Shown piece after piece: positions 33,715 to 43,431 of a stretch of 64,000 nt of DNA (its first letter is position 1; every line of letters begins with the position of its first letter). The position numbers and the translations under genes are program-made. The DNA is from a virus (taxonomy: Duplodnaviria; Caudoviricetes). Under the pieces are notes generated by a model. The model had not been told where the DNA came from. It ran no database searches and worked only from the letters and a program-made list of their open reading frames with translations. The DNA lies in IMG/VR virus record IMGVR_UViG_3300032216_002106, positions 12,059 through 76,058 of that record. One strand, 5' to 3'.

Positions 33715-33849
33715 ATGGAAGATAATAAGCAACAACCACCGGTAGCTGAGGAAAAAAATCAGCCTGTTGAATTTGACATCAACAAGTTCCAGGAGATGCT
33801 AAGAACACTGCAAGCTCGCAAAGAACAAGGCAGAACATTCAAAGATTAA
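33715..33849 (+). CDS. 44-aa protein missed by the ORF track (MEDNKQQPPVAEEK...)
   Basis: FDINKFQEML motif is echoed in the next two small genes. Confidence 0.5.
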   Translation: MEDNKQQPPVAEEKNQPVEFDINKFQEMLRTLQARKEQGRTFKD

Positions 33850-33885
33850 GTTGCTATAATTAATTGAGTACATACATAAATAAAC

Positions 33886-34152
33886 ATGGCCGGACAATTT
33901 GGCGGGTATTCTAGTTACAACGATGCCATCAGTGCTATTAATTCAGATAGCAACCTTTCTAAGGAGGCAAAAGACGAACTTAAAAAAACGCTTGCGGAAC
34001 AACAATACGGTCCTCAAGCCGACCTAGGGCAGTTTGACACTCTTCTCGGCAAGCTTGAAGAATCCAAGATGCGTCAACAACGTCAAAAGTCTGTTGAAAG
34101 TCGTCGTGATATCTTCAGCCAAGGCCTTGCTCAAATGATGTCTAATTTCTGA
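33886..34152 (+). CDS. Hypothetical protein
   Basis: 88 aa, preceded by TATAAT at 33855. Confidence 0.65.
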   Translation: MAGQFGGYSSYNDAISAINSDSNLSKEAKDELKKTLAEQQYGPQADLGQFDTLLGKLEESKMRQQRQKSVESRRDIFSQGLAQMMSNF

Positions 34153-34164
34153 TAAGATAAGAAC

Positions 34165-34431
34165 ATGGCTACCACCACCACGACAGACTTCACCGATCCT
34201 TTGTCTTCGGCAAACGTCGATGATTGGTTTGATATTGACAAATATCGTCAAGCTGCTGGTGTTGCCTATGAGTTTTCTAAAAAGAAATTAGAAGATACAT
34301 CCCGAGAACAAAGAGAAACCATTGGAAAAACAGCAGCAGAAGAACGTGCAGGAGCCTCTCAAAAACAAGAGTTTGGTCAAAGCGACGAGGCCAGGGATAA
34401 TGCCCAGGCCAGAGCAGCTTACAAATACTGA
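34165..34431 (+). CDS. Hypothetical protein
   Basis: 88-aa ORF. Confidence 0.65.
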   Translation: MATTTTTDFTDPLSSANVDDWFDIDKYRQAAGVAYEFSKKKLEDTSREQRETIGKTAAEERAGASQKQEFGQSDEARDNAQARAAYKY

Positions 34432-34918
34432 AGTCTTTGATGCATGGGCCGATGGCCTAGATCCTGGGACGCACGAGTCTTTTTGTTCGTTCTGTTCAGA
34501 TAATTATTCAGTAATTGAATGTTTTCTGTATGCCAGATTTCTTGGTTACCTGGGTAGCATTACTGCGTGTGAAGAATGGATAAATCTTAAGTATCCTAAG
34601 CCCGATCACAGGCGTATTCTTCTAGATGAAATTGAACACATGAAGGAAGACATACGTCTTCTTCGTGAAGATATAGAAAACTATGGCGTTAAGCGAGATA
34701 GTGGCGTAGCTAGAATTGCCGCTATGGAAAAAGAACTCCGTGGAACCATAAATCAAGTAGAGCAGTTTACCACGAACAAAGATAGAAAAGGCTTGTTGAT
34801 GGCTGGAGCTGACCGCGCCATTCGTGAGTTAGCTTTTATTTTTAAAGACGACCCAATCGAAGGGCCACTCAAAGAAGCTGCAATGAGTGTTTGGGCAAGA
34901 ATGCAATTAGAAGAATAA
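34400..34918 (+). CDS. Helical hypothetical protein, candidate terminase small subunit
   Basis: Helical coiled-coil protein upstream of TerL; position-based guess only. Confidence 0.4.
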   Translation: MPRPEQLTNTEVFDAWADGLDPGTHESFCSFCSDNYSVIECFLYARFLGYLGSITACEEWINLKYPKPDHRRILLDEIEHMKEDIRLLREDIENYGVKRDSGVARIAAMEKELRGTINQVEQFTTNKDRKGLLMAGADRAIRELAFIFKDDPIEGPLKEAAMSVWARMQLEE

Positions 34919-34952
34919 TGGTTTAAAATAGTTCTATTAACAAGGCATACAC

Positions 34953-35123
34953 ATGGCTGGTAAAGTTCCCCCCAAGAAAGACGCTAAGGCTGCTGGCAAG
35001 AAGCCGGTGCCTGCAGATACCAAGGCCGGTAAAAAGGCTGTACCCCCCAATCCTCCTGCTAAAGGTGGTAAAGAAAATATGAAAGATAAGATGGATCGTC
35101 TTCGTGCCATGAAGGGGAAATAG
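34953..35123 (+). CDS. 56-aa Lys/Pro-rich basic protein missed by the ORF track (MAGKVPPKKDAKAAGKK...)
   Basis: TAAAAT at 34924; histone-H1-like composition. Confidence 0.6.
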   Translation: MAGKVPPKKDAKAAGKKPVPADTKAGKKAVPPNPPAKGGKENMKDKMDRLRAMKGK

Positions 35124-35125
35124 TC

Positions 35126-35518
35126 ATGGGTGCTGGAAACCAAGCTCCCGGCATGGGAGGAAAGACCGTAGATGCAGGCAAGCAAGCCATGTTGGAAGCG
35201 ATGATGCGCAACCGCATGGAAACAGAAGCAGGCCAGCAACGTCAACGTGCACAAGCCCAATCACCTGAAACTGGACTGGGCACACCAGCTGGATATCGCC
35301 CCGGCTTGGCGCCTGACTTTGGCAACATGGAAGCAGATGCACAACTAAGGAAAGTTGCCAATGAATCCAATATTGCTGCAGCAAATCCGACCGCCATGCC
35401 TCCTGCAACAGGTGGTATCTCCATGGGCCCCGGCAGATCTGGTCGGTATACAGATGAAGACGCACAGAAAATGATGCGTGATGCAATGGCGCAACGCGCA
35501 GAGGGACCTAGGTACTGA
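35126..35518 (+). CDS. Hypothetical protein
   Basis: 130-aa ORF. Confidence 0.6.
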   Translation: MGAGNQAPGMGGKTVDAGKQAMLEAMMRNRMETEAGQQRQRAQAQSPETGLGTPAGYRPGLAPDFGNMEADAQLRKVANESNIAAANPTAMPPATGGISMGPGRSGRYTDEDAQKMMRDAMAQRAEGPRY

Positions 35519-35522
35519 TCAC

Positions 35523-35672
35523 ATGTCCAAGAAACGGATGCCTCCTGAGGTTCTTGAAGTCTTCAAGAAGAAAGAGGCAAAGAATGAAGATGGTTCAGAT
35601 ATGGATGATAAGACTAAACGTAAGGCAGCACTAGAGAAAGCACGTAGCTATAAACAACAAAAAGTTAAGTGA
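35523..35672 (+). CDS. Small basic protein (MSKKRMPPEVLEVFKKK)
   Basis: 49 aa between genes. Confidence 0.55.
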   Translation: MSKKRMPPEVLEVFKKKEAKNEDGSDMDDKTKRKAALEKARSYKQQKVK

Positions 35673-35691
35673 TAGGCTATATTTAACCTAG

Positions 35692-38367
35692 TTGAATCTG
35701 GTTATGCCCTCATATTTACATCTGGCATATCGCCGTAATGCGAGGGCTGCTGCAAAAAATTACACAGTAAAACCAGCTGATAATCTGGAACTAGCAAAAA
35801 AAGCTAGAGAAGATTTTAGTTTCTTTTGTGAGTATGTAGCCAATAAACCTCCAGCCGCCCACCACAAGGACTGGCACCAGTACTTTGTGACGGGTGAGGA
35901 TAGTTCATGCCTAAAAGGAATTGCGGGCCCCAACATCGACCTCCTAGGACCCAGGGGGCCATTAGCAGTATCTACACCTGTTGCCACTCCAAATGGATGG
36001 GTACCTATAGGTGAGTTACAGGTTGGTGACCTTGTTTTTTCTGAACGTGGCCAATTAACTGAGATAGTAAGTATTTCAGATTATGACAAATCTGCTACGT
36101 GGGAAGTTGTCTTTACTGATGGTTCTTCTATTTGTTGTGATGACCAACACCTATGGAAGGTGCGTCGAATGGGTACAGATGAGAAAGGTAATTGGCGCAG
36201 TATGACTCTTAATGAGATTCGTACACAAAAAACAGTAGGGATAAAAGGAAACGGCCGCCCTGGAGCACCAACTAAAAGAATCACCGCAACTTGTGACCCA
36301 GGGGAAAAACCTTGGTTAGATAGCAGGGGTTATCCGCGTTACCAAATTCCTGTTACACAACCAGTTGAATATCCAGAAACTGAGCTTCCCTTGGATCCGT
36401 ACTTATTGGGAGCACTGCTTGGTGATGGGTCATTAAGTTCTGGCAATCTTTCCTTGTGCAGTGCAGATCTAGAAATTGTGGAACGTTGTTCCACAGGTTT
36501 ACCAGAAAACTATCGTTTTAAACAAGTAGCAAAATATGGATATAATATTGCACACGTTAAAGGGGTTCTTGCCGGTGGAAAGCCAAGTGTTGTTCGAGAA
36601 ATTCTAAAAACACTTGGGGTATACGGCAAGACATCAATTGACAAGTTTATTCCTAAGTCTTATTTGACAGCATCTATACCTGATCGAGAAGCTTTATTGC
36701 AAGGCTTGCTAGACACTGATGGTACTGTTGATTCTGTGGGGGGCGTATCTTTTTGTACAACATCCATGTTCCTTGTTAAAGATGTAACAGAACTAGTTCA
36801 ATCCCTTGGAGGAATAGCCACACAACGTGCTCCACAGCTAAATACATACTTAAATAAACACCAAGAACGAGTACGTACAACAACACCTTCATTTACTTTA
36901 GGTATCAAATTACCGAACAGTATTAAACCTTTTCACTTAAATCGTAAGGCCCAAAGATATACTCCATGCACCAAGTATCTCCCTTGCCGCAGCATTAAAG
37001 ATATTCGCCCATCAACAGTAGAAAAAGTACGTTGTATTGAAGTAGAAGACAAATGTCATACATTTTTAACTAAAGATTATATTGTTAGTCATAATTCAGC
37101 CAAGTCGACCACCTTGGGCTTGTTTACTGCGTGGGCTATTGGTGTACACACAACCGCCAAGATGCCTCTACAAATTCTATACTTGTCATATACGGTTGAA
37201 ATTGCACGTCCCAAGTCTGCTGCTATTAAACGTATTATTGAAAGCCGTAAATATCAAGAAGTATTTCCTGCAGTAAGACTTCTTAAGAATGTAACAAGTA
37301 ATGAGTATTGGTCAGTGGACCATAAATTTGCTGGCATTGAAAGCATCGGTGATGAAATGTTTACCCTGTGTGCTGCAGGTCTTAAAGGTTCAGTGACATC
37401 CAAGCGATCCCATTTGTGTTTAATAGACGATTGTATAAAATCTGCGACAGATATAGCAAATCCTGATATACGCAAGTCCATGCAAGATAACTGGAATGCA
37501 GTTATCTCACCAACTATGTTTGAAGGTGGAAGAGCAATCTGCCTTGGTACCAGATTTAGACATGATGATATACATGCCACTACATTTAATGAACAAAATA
37601 ACTGGCAACAGATTGTATTGTCTGCAATTCAACAAGATCCAAAAACAGGTGATGAACTTTCCTATTGGCCTGAAATGTGGTCACTGGATTACTTGAAGGA
37701 GAAGAAACGGCAAGCGCCTGTTGCATTCTCTTTCCAGTACATGAATCAGATCGTCAGGCAGGGTGAGTTGTCCCTGGCACCAGAACTGATTGTTAAAGCT
37801 GAGATCTCAACTGAGTTTGATACCCTTGGCATAGGCGTTGACCTATCTGCTGGCATCAAAGAAAAGAATGACTACACCGTAATGATTCTTGGTGGACGCA
37901 TTGATGACCGTATACACATCATTGATTACCGCCGGATGCGTGTCATGGGTAATCTAGAAAAACTAGATGCATTAAAAGAATTGCTTAATGATTGGTCGAT
38001 TATTGGAAAAGATGATAACGGTAATTTTTTCCCTACTTACTCAACTTGTGATATCTGGTCAGAAGCTGTTCAGTACCAGGCCTCACTCGAAGCTGACTTC
38101 AAGAGGATTTGCCTTAATGACGAAGGTCTTCACAACCTCTTGTGGCATCCCATCAAAGGGTTCCGTGCAGATAAGCTGGCACGGTTCAGAGGAATTCTTG
38201 GTATGTATGAAGTACGAAAAATTATTTTCAACCGTTTCAGGAACTTCACTAATCTCTTCGAGGAACTCACAAACTTCGGAGTAAGTGGCCATGATGACTG
38301 TGTCGATGCGTTGGTTTGGTTAGTAAACGGACTCACCAAAAAAGGTAAGCTGCAATTTGATTACTGA
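35692..38367 (+). CDS. terL: Terminase large subunit interrupted by an intein
   Basis: Spliced Walker A GPRG|SAKST; Walker B CLIDD; nuclease GIGVDLS and HDDCVDAL. Confidence 0.93.
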   Translation: MNLVMPSYLHLAYRRNARAAAKNYTVKPADNLELAKKAREDFSFFCEYVANKPPAAHHKDWHQYFVTGEDSSCLKGIAGPNIDLLGPRGPLAVSTPVATPNGWVPIGELQVGDLVFSERGQLTEIVSISDYDKSATWEVVFTDGSSICCDDQHLWKVRRMGTDEKGNWRSMTLNEIRTQKTVGIKGNGRPGAPTKRITATCDPGEKPWLDSRGYPRYQIPVTQPVEYPETELPLDPYLLGALLGDGSLSSGNLSLCSADLEIVERCSTGLPENYRFKQVAKYGYNIAHVKGVLAGGKPSVVREILKTLGVYGKTSIDKFIPKSYLTASIPDREALLQGLLDTDGTVDSVGGVSFCTTSMFLVKDVTELVQSLGGIATQRAPQLNTYLNKHQERVRTTTPSFTLGIKLPNSIKPFHLNRKAQRYTPCTKYLPCRSIKDIRPSTVEKVRCIEVEDKCHTFLTKDYIVSHNSAKSTTLGLFTAWAIGVHTTAKMPLQILYLSYTVEIARPKSAAIKRIIESRKYQEVFPAVRLLKNVTSNEYWSVDHKFAGIESIGDEMFTLCAAGLKGSVTSKRSHLCLIDDCIKSATDIANPDIRKSMQDNWNAVISPTMFEGGRAICLGTRFRHDDIHATTFNEQNNWQQIVLSAIQQDPKTGDELSYWPEMWSLDYLKEKKRQAPVAFSFQYMNQIVRQGELSLAPELIVKAEISTEFDTLGIGVDLSAGIKEKNDYTVMILGGRIDDRIHIIDYRRMRVMGNLEKLDALKELLNDWSIIGKDDNGNFFPTYSTCDIWSEAVQYQASLEADFKRICLNDEGLHNLLWHPIKGFRADKLARFRGILGMYEVRKIIFNRFRNFTNLFEELTNFGVSGHDDCVDALVWLVNGLTKKGKLQFDY
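35959..37095 (+). mobile_element. Class 3-type intein (379 aa) with LAGLIDADG homing endonuclease
   Basis: Starts PLAVSTPV; block B QHLW; block F VRCIEV; ends SHN|S; LLGDGS and LLDTDGT motifs. Confidence 0.9.
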
Positions 38368-38402
38368 CATTAGAATAGTAACAGAAAGCATTCTATAACG
38401 CT

Positions 38403-38678
38403 GTGGGACCAGAGTATTTGCTGCTAATGATCAGCTTTGCTGTGCCTGCGCTTACTGGTGCTGGGTGGGCAACGAATAAATTGTTGAGTCGTTTTCATGA
38501 ACGCATCCTTCGTGTAGAAAAACGGATGGACAACATTGACGCCAACATCAATTCCATGCATCACCGACTGCCCATCGAGTACGTACTCAAGGTTGATTTC
38601 CTAAGAGAAATTCAACAAATGCAAGACAATTTTAAACAGATTAACAATAAGCTTGATAAGCTTATTGAAAAGCTATAA
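38403..38678 (+). CDS. Single-TM coiled-coil protein (holin-like candidate)
   Basis: N-terminal TM YLLLMISFAVPALTGAGW followed by coiled coil. Confidence 0.6.
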   Translation: MGPEYLLLMISFAVPALTGAGWATNKLLSRFHERILRVEKRMDNIDANINSMHHRLPIEYVLKVDFLREIQQMQDNFKQINNKLDKLIEKL

Positions 38679-38682
38679 GCAA

Positions 38683-38865
38683 ATGGACTACACCCTAGAG
38701 ATTCAAGAGGACGACAACGGTGATCTTTTTATTCAATTCCCAGATGACGTAATAGAAGAACTCGGCTGGGAAGTCGGAGATATTCTTGAGTGGAAGCTCA
38801 AAGGCAATGGAGTTGTTTTGTCAAAACTTAATGATTCAGATCGATATGAGGTAATAGAAGAGTAA
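38683..38865 (+). CDS. AbrB/MazE/SpoVT-fold DNA-binding protein
   Basis: NGDLFIQFPDDVIEELGWEVGDILEW. Confidence 0.75.
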   Translation: MDYTLEIQEDDNGDLFIQFPDDVIEELGWEVGDILEWKLKGNGVVLSKLNDSDRYEVIEE

Positions 38866-38900
38866 GGGTTGATAGAATAAATAAACCAAGGAGTAAATAA

Positions 38901-39452
38901 ATGCTTTCTAGTGGATATAGCGGCATACCCGGAGCACCTGGAAATCTTGGTATGTTTAACAATCAAAGTATTGCGCAGAGAATATATGGTCCAATAGAAA
39001 AAGGCATGCATAACAGAAGCCTTAGATTTGGAGTGCCAGCAACAACTCCAGATGTTTACATGGCACCGTATCCAGGGCGTGTTGCCCCTGGTGCACCAAC
39101 AGAATATTTTCCTTTAGGTAATCCTGCGGCAGGTTTTAATTTTCAAAGTGCTGTTCCAGGGATTAATGAAGAAGTTGCAGGGGGCAATACTCTTTTAGAT
39201 TTCTTTAACAAAAAAGGAATGCCTCCGACAAGAGAAATGGATGACACTCAGATAAATAAAGAAAACAAAGGTCCTCTTCGTCCAGGGGCTTTTGGTAATC
39301 CTAACTTGTACTACGACGAACGCTTTACCCCCTTGGCATCAGCGGGTGGTGGCATGGCACCTATGGGTAACGCAGGTTTCTTCTATGGTCCTCAATACGG
39401 ACAAGATGCTCAACAACTACCAATAGGATTTGGAGGGATCAGTATTTCGTAA
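38901..39452 (+). CDS. Hypothetical Gly/Pro-rich protein
   Basis: 183 aa; GGAG SD and TAGAAT upstream. Confidence 0.65.
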   Translation: MLSSGYSGIPGAPGNLGMFNNQSIAQRIYGPIEKGMHNRSLRFGVPATTPDVYMAPYPGRVAPGAPTEYFPLGNPAAGFNFQSAVPGINEEVAGGNTLLDFFNKKGMPPTREMDDTQINKENKGPLRPGAFGNPNLYYDERFTPLASAGGGMAPMGNAGFFYGPQYGQDAQQLPIGFGGISIS

Positions 39453-39982
39453 TGCCGGTTATCAATAAAAAAGAAATTTTTCCTGGGTTAGAACAAACTT
39501 ATTATTCATTAACAGGGCAATATAATCCTCAGGCGTTACGTATTAAAAATTTTTTATCAGGTCAGATTGATGGCGCAGATAAAACTGGATCTTTTTCTTT
39601 AAGTCCTTTTGGAGGTTTAAATTTTGAAACTAATAATAATTTAAGTTTTGATATTGATCCAAGAGCAAAAACAGCTGGTATAAATACAGGCAATTTTTCT
39701 TTAGCAGGTAGCTGGGGACAAGATCCAACAGTACAAGTGGGTTTTAATTTTGGAGGCGTGTCACAACCGCAGTATTTCTCAGAGTCTCCGACTTCTCCTC
39801 CTTATGTAAAATCACAGCCTCTTGTTGTTCCTGGTATATACGCAGGACCACATGTTGACAAGTTGGCTAATGAAGGTGCAAGAGCTTTAACAGGAAACAA
39901 AGTAGAACCAATTAGAATAGATCCTAATCAAAAATTTTTAGAAGAAATGGTAGGACAATATAGAGCACAAGGAAGACTCTAA
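39452..39982 (+). CDS. Hypothetical protein
   Basis: 176 aa, coupled. Confidence 0.6.
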   Translation: MPVINKKEIFPGLEQTYYSLTGQYNPQALRIKNFLSGQIDGADKTGSFSLSPFGGLNFETNNNLSFDIDPRAKTAGINTGNFSLAGSWGQDPTVQVGFNFGGVSQPQYFSESPTSPPYVKSQPLVVPGIYAGPHVDKLANEGARALTGNKVEPIRIDPNQKFLEEMVGQYRAQGRL

Positions 39983-40035
39983 AATCCCTCACAAGTGCTA
40001 AGATTTACAAAAGAAACCCAAGAACACAATAAAAT

Positions 40036-42327
40036 ATGGACGCCAAAGCCCGACTTAAAGAAATTGTTGACTCCTACCTTGAAAAAGATGGTGGAGCAAA
40101 TATTGATACGGGCATTGTTGCGTCCCACGTAGCGCAAATGAAACTCTTTGGCATTCGCCAAGGGGTAGAATTTTTTCCTTCTCAAGATAATTTTGGCAAT
40201 CAGCGCAAAGATTTTATAGATCGGGTACTTAAATACAACAAAATGGATACACGCCTAGATTCAATCTGGGAGTATTACCTCTGTGATGGCCAAGGCCTAT
40301 TCTATATTCGTCCTACTGAATCTAATTACAGGCTTTATTATTTCCGTGAGCATGAATATCGCTCCTTCTATGGTGTTGACGGTGAGCTAGAAGAAGTAAT
40401 TATTATCTATAGCTATAAAGTCAGGCAGGGCACAGGCTTTAGCGATGGCATCAACGTTGTAAATACAGCGGGCAACGCTATTACCGGCCCTCAAGGAGCC
40501 AAACGTTACATTCGATTATCAATCAAAGCCAAGACAATTGAAGAAACGCATAGCGAAGGCGAGATGTCCTTTGAAATGCCCAACTATGCAGTCCCTGGAC
40601 GCACCAAAACACTAAGAAATACCCTTGGCTTTATACCCTGCGTAGAGATTTTTAACAATTTAAAGGGTTTCTCTAACGAAGGTGTTGGAGAATTTGATGC
40701 ATTAGCCAACCATATTGTCACGCATGATGAAATGGTGCGCACGATGCGCAAGAATGTGCAGTTTTTTGGTAATCCAACCCTTCTTTCCTCCAGGCCTAAG
40801 ACAGATTTGATGGAATCAGGGTCTGACACTGTGGTACAACGCCCATCCATTGCGGCAAACTCCGGTTTTACCGGGATGGGTGCGTTAAGCCAGTCAAGAT
40901 TCAAGTCTGACCCCCTCTCCAGGGGTATGGATGGTCAAATTCGGGTGCCAAGGGTGATTGCCAACCTGGAACCCAATGATCGAGTCGGTTATATTGTCCC
41001 TGATGCAATCACTGGTGACCAAAATAGCTTTGCTCGCCAATATCGAGAGGAAATACGTACTGCACTTGGTGGTGTTGACGAACTTTCTATCTCAGCAGGC
41101 GTAACAGCTACTGAATACAAATCATTATTTGGTCGTGTGTCAGCAACATCCAAGAAAAAAGCAAATGCAATCTACACTTACGGTATTTGCCGGTGCTTGG
41201 AACTTATTATCTACCAAGAAGAACATTTATTCCGTGAAACATTAGCTGCATCAACAGGCATTGAGAAACCCGTGGAGCCACCTGATAACGCTCCTCAAGA
41301 AGAGCTTGATTTATATGAAGCATCAATGAAAGGATTCGAGGAAAAAATTAAACAAGTGATGATGGCATGTGTTAAGACACAACATATCCCAACAGGTGTC
41401 CTTGGCTTAATTCCAGACGGTGATGTAACAATGCTTTGGCGTTGGATGGGGCCTGTTTATGAGGACTCAACACAAGATGTTTTAAACAATTCTATTGTGG
41501 TTCGTAACCTACAAGAGTTAGGTGTTGATAGTATTGAAGCACTGAAGTACCTCTTCCCGTCAAAAACGGATGAGGAGCGGGCCGCGATGTTATCGGGGTT
41601 CCCGTTCAGAATGGTGGGTGAATTGCAGAGTGCATACTCTCAATTTGCCAAGTTAGTGGGGGGCATGATGCAGACCCCTCACCCGCAGTCACCAGATCTA
41701 CCGATGGCTGCAGACCCACGTCTCGACCTAACACCTTATCTGTATCGCACATTAGAAGCATTACAAAAGGAGATGAGTTATGCAGGACGCTACCGTCCAA
41801 TCGATCCCACAGACGAGCCAAGTACAGGCAGCAGTAGCGCCGAGCAGCTACGTGGCAGTTCCGGCGCCCCAAGCCCCAGTACCGGCCTACCAGGGACCAA
41901 TCAATTATCAAGTGGGTACGAGTTACCCGCAAGCAGTCCCAGCTCAGGTAGCTACCAACTACCAATCAAGCCCTACTCAGTACGCCCCCCAATCCCAACA
42001 AGCGGCGCCCCAGAGCAATCCGTGGGAATCGGCGTTCAACAAAGTAGTGGGACTGCTGAGCGCACCAGTCCAATCCCCCTTCCAGGCGCAACCCTCGGCT
42101 CCGACGACAACGTACGCCCCGGCCAATTATGGTCAGGTTCCCAGCGCCCAACCTACGCCCAGCTGGGAGACGCAGACCTCGTATCCCAACCAGGCATCCT
42201 CAGCCAACTATTCCCAAACCTCCTCCAGTCCCTCACTGGCGGAAGTAGCGGACTACCTCAACCTGAGCAACGAAAGCCGTCAGGTAATCGACGCGTTCGG
42301 GGTAGAAGCACCAGCCGTCCTAAATAA
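40036..42327 (+). CDS. Probable portal protein with long low-complexity C-terminal extension
   Basis: Position between TerL and scaffold/capsid; helical core of about 580 aa. Confidence 0.65.
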   Translation: MDAKARLKEIVDSYLEKDGGANIDTGIVASHVAQMKLFGIRQGVEFFPSQDNFGNQRKDFIDRVLKYNKMDTRLDSIWEYYLCDGQGLFYIRPTESNYRLYYFREHEYRSFYGVDGELEEVIIIYSYKVRQGTGFSDGINVVNTAGNAITGPQGAKRYIRLSIKAKTIEETHSEGEMSFEMPNYAVPGRTKTLRNTLGFIPCVEIFNNLKGFSNEGVGEFDALANHIVTHDEMVRTMRKNVQFFGNPTLLSSRPKTDLMESGSDTVVQRPSIAANSGFTGMGALSQSRFKSDPLSRGMDGQIRVPRVIANLEPNDRVGYIVPDAITGDQNSFARQYREEIRTALGGVDELSISAGVTATEYKSLFGRVSATSKKKANAIYTYGICRCLELIIYQEEHLFRETLAASTGIEKPVEPPDNAPQEELDLYEASMKGFEEKIKQVMMACVKTQHIPTGVLGLIPDGDVTMLWRWMGPVYEDSTQDVLNNSIVVRNLQELGVDSIEALKYLFPSKTDEERAAMLSGFPFRMVGELQSAYSQFAKLVGGMMQTPHPQSPDLPMAADPRLDLTPYLYRTLEALQKEMSYAGRYRPIDPTDEPSTGSSSAEQLRGSSGAPSPSTGLPGTNQLSSGYELPASSPSSGSYQLPIKPYSVRPPIPTSGAPEQSVGIGVQQSSGTAERTSPIPLPGATLGSDDNVRPGQLWSGSQRPTYAQLGDADLVSQPGILSQLFPNLLQSLTGGSSGLPQPEQRKPSGNRRVRGRSTSRPK

Positions 42328-42751
42328 CTACGCCCTTCAACTTGAAGGCATGTTGGACAGTGCAGTTTCCTGGGGCCAAAAAGCCCAAGGTCTCCTGCAA
42401 AACTATGCTGAATTTGGTGTAAACGAACACCAAGAGAATCTCGCCTATAACGAAATTCTTACCAACCCTGATGTACTGAGTGACTACACCCTGAAGTTCT
42501 TCGGTCCTGAAGGTCCTTATCCCGTATATGAAAGCGAGGCTCAATTGGAAACTCCTGGTTACCGCACTGAGCAAGTAGTTCCCGATTACGGTAACTTCCC
42601 TGCTCCTCCCGCTGCTGCCGCTCCCCAACAACCCCAAAATTTCTGGGGCGGTTTCAACGAAGCAATGGCACGTGATCCCCAAAATGCTTGGCGCATTCTG
42701 AACCAAGCCCAACCTGGCACTGTTGCAAACAAACTGTTTGTAATGGAGTGA
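41780..42751 (+). CDS. Probable capsid scaffolding protein
   Basis: Q/P/A/S-rich N-half and helical C-half; upstream of MCP. Confidence 0.55.
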   Translation: MQDATVQSIPQTSQVQAAVAPSSYVAVPAPQAPVPAYQGPINYQVGTSYPQAVPAQVATNYQSSPTQYAPQSQQAAPQSNPWESAFNKVVGLLSAPVQSPFQAQPSAPTTTYAPANYGQVPSAQPTPSWETQTSYPNQASSANYSQTSSSPSLAEVADYLNLSNESRQVIDAFGVEAPAVLNNYALQLEGMLDSAVSWGQKAQGLLQNYAEFGVNEHQENLAYNEILTNPDVLSDYTLKFFGPEGPYPVYESEAQLETPGYRTEQVVPDYGNFPAPPAAAAPQQPQNFWGGFNEAMARDPQNAWRILNQAQPGTVANKLFVME

Positions 42752-42755
42752 GACC

Positions 42756-43334
42756 ATGCGTCCACTAATTAAGTATGGTATTCCCGCCGCTGCAGGTCTT
42801 GCGGTTGGTGGGATGCTTGCCCAAGATCAACAACCAGGTGTTGCCGCTCTAGGTGGACTTGGTGCTGCTCTTGGTACTGCTGCCGGTCTTAAGGGTGCCA
42901 GAAGTGCGGGGATAGCACTTGCGGGTAAATATGCACCAGTAGTAGCAGGATCTTTGCAATCTCATGCTGTTGTTCCGATAGGCAAACAAGTTGCAAAACA
43001 ACTTGAAAAAATACCTGCTGAGCGTCAACAGGGATTAAGGGCAACAGCCCTGGGAGACATTCGCCAAGGCTTACTCAATATTGACAAAGCCACGCACAAT
43101 GTTTCCCCTGGAGCCCTGCAAGTAGGTGCTGCCGGTCTTACTGTTCCTGTTTCTGCTGGTCTTGCTGCCCTTGGTGGTCAAGCCGCTGGCATGATTCCAG
43201 GAGCACTAAACGTTCCTGGATTTGCACCACAGCAACAGTCCATTGATCCAGAGTCTTACGGCTCTAGTAATTCACCCGGTGCACGTTATAAACAAACCAC
43301 CGGATCAGCAGGTATCACTGGCTATTATCAATAG
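42756..43334 (+). CDS. Gly/Ala-rich hypothetical protein
   Basis: 192-aa ORF between scaffold and MCP. Confidence 0.65.
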   Translation: MRPLIKYGIPAAAGLAVGGMLAQDQQPGVAALGGLGAALGTAAGLKGARSAGIALAGKYAPVVAGSLQSHAVVPIGKQVAKQLEKIPAERQQGLRATALGDIRQGLLNIDKATHNVSPGALQVGAAGLTVPVSAGLAALGGQAAGMIPGALNVPGFAPQQQSIDPESYGSSNSPGARYKQTTGSAGITGYYQ

Positions 43335-43431
43335 CTAAATTAATACCTGCTAAAATTCATAAAGATAAGACATGTTCATGTCTGAATCTTTCACCGATAA
43401 ATTTCTTTACGACACCGGAGGATAAAACCAA

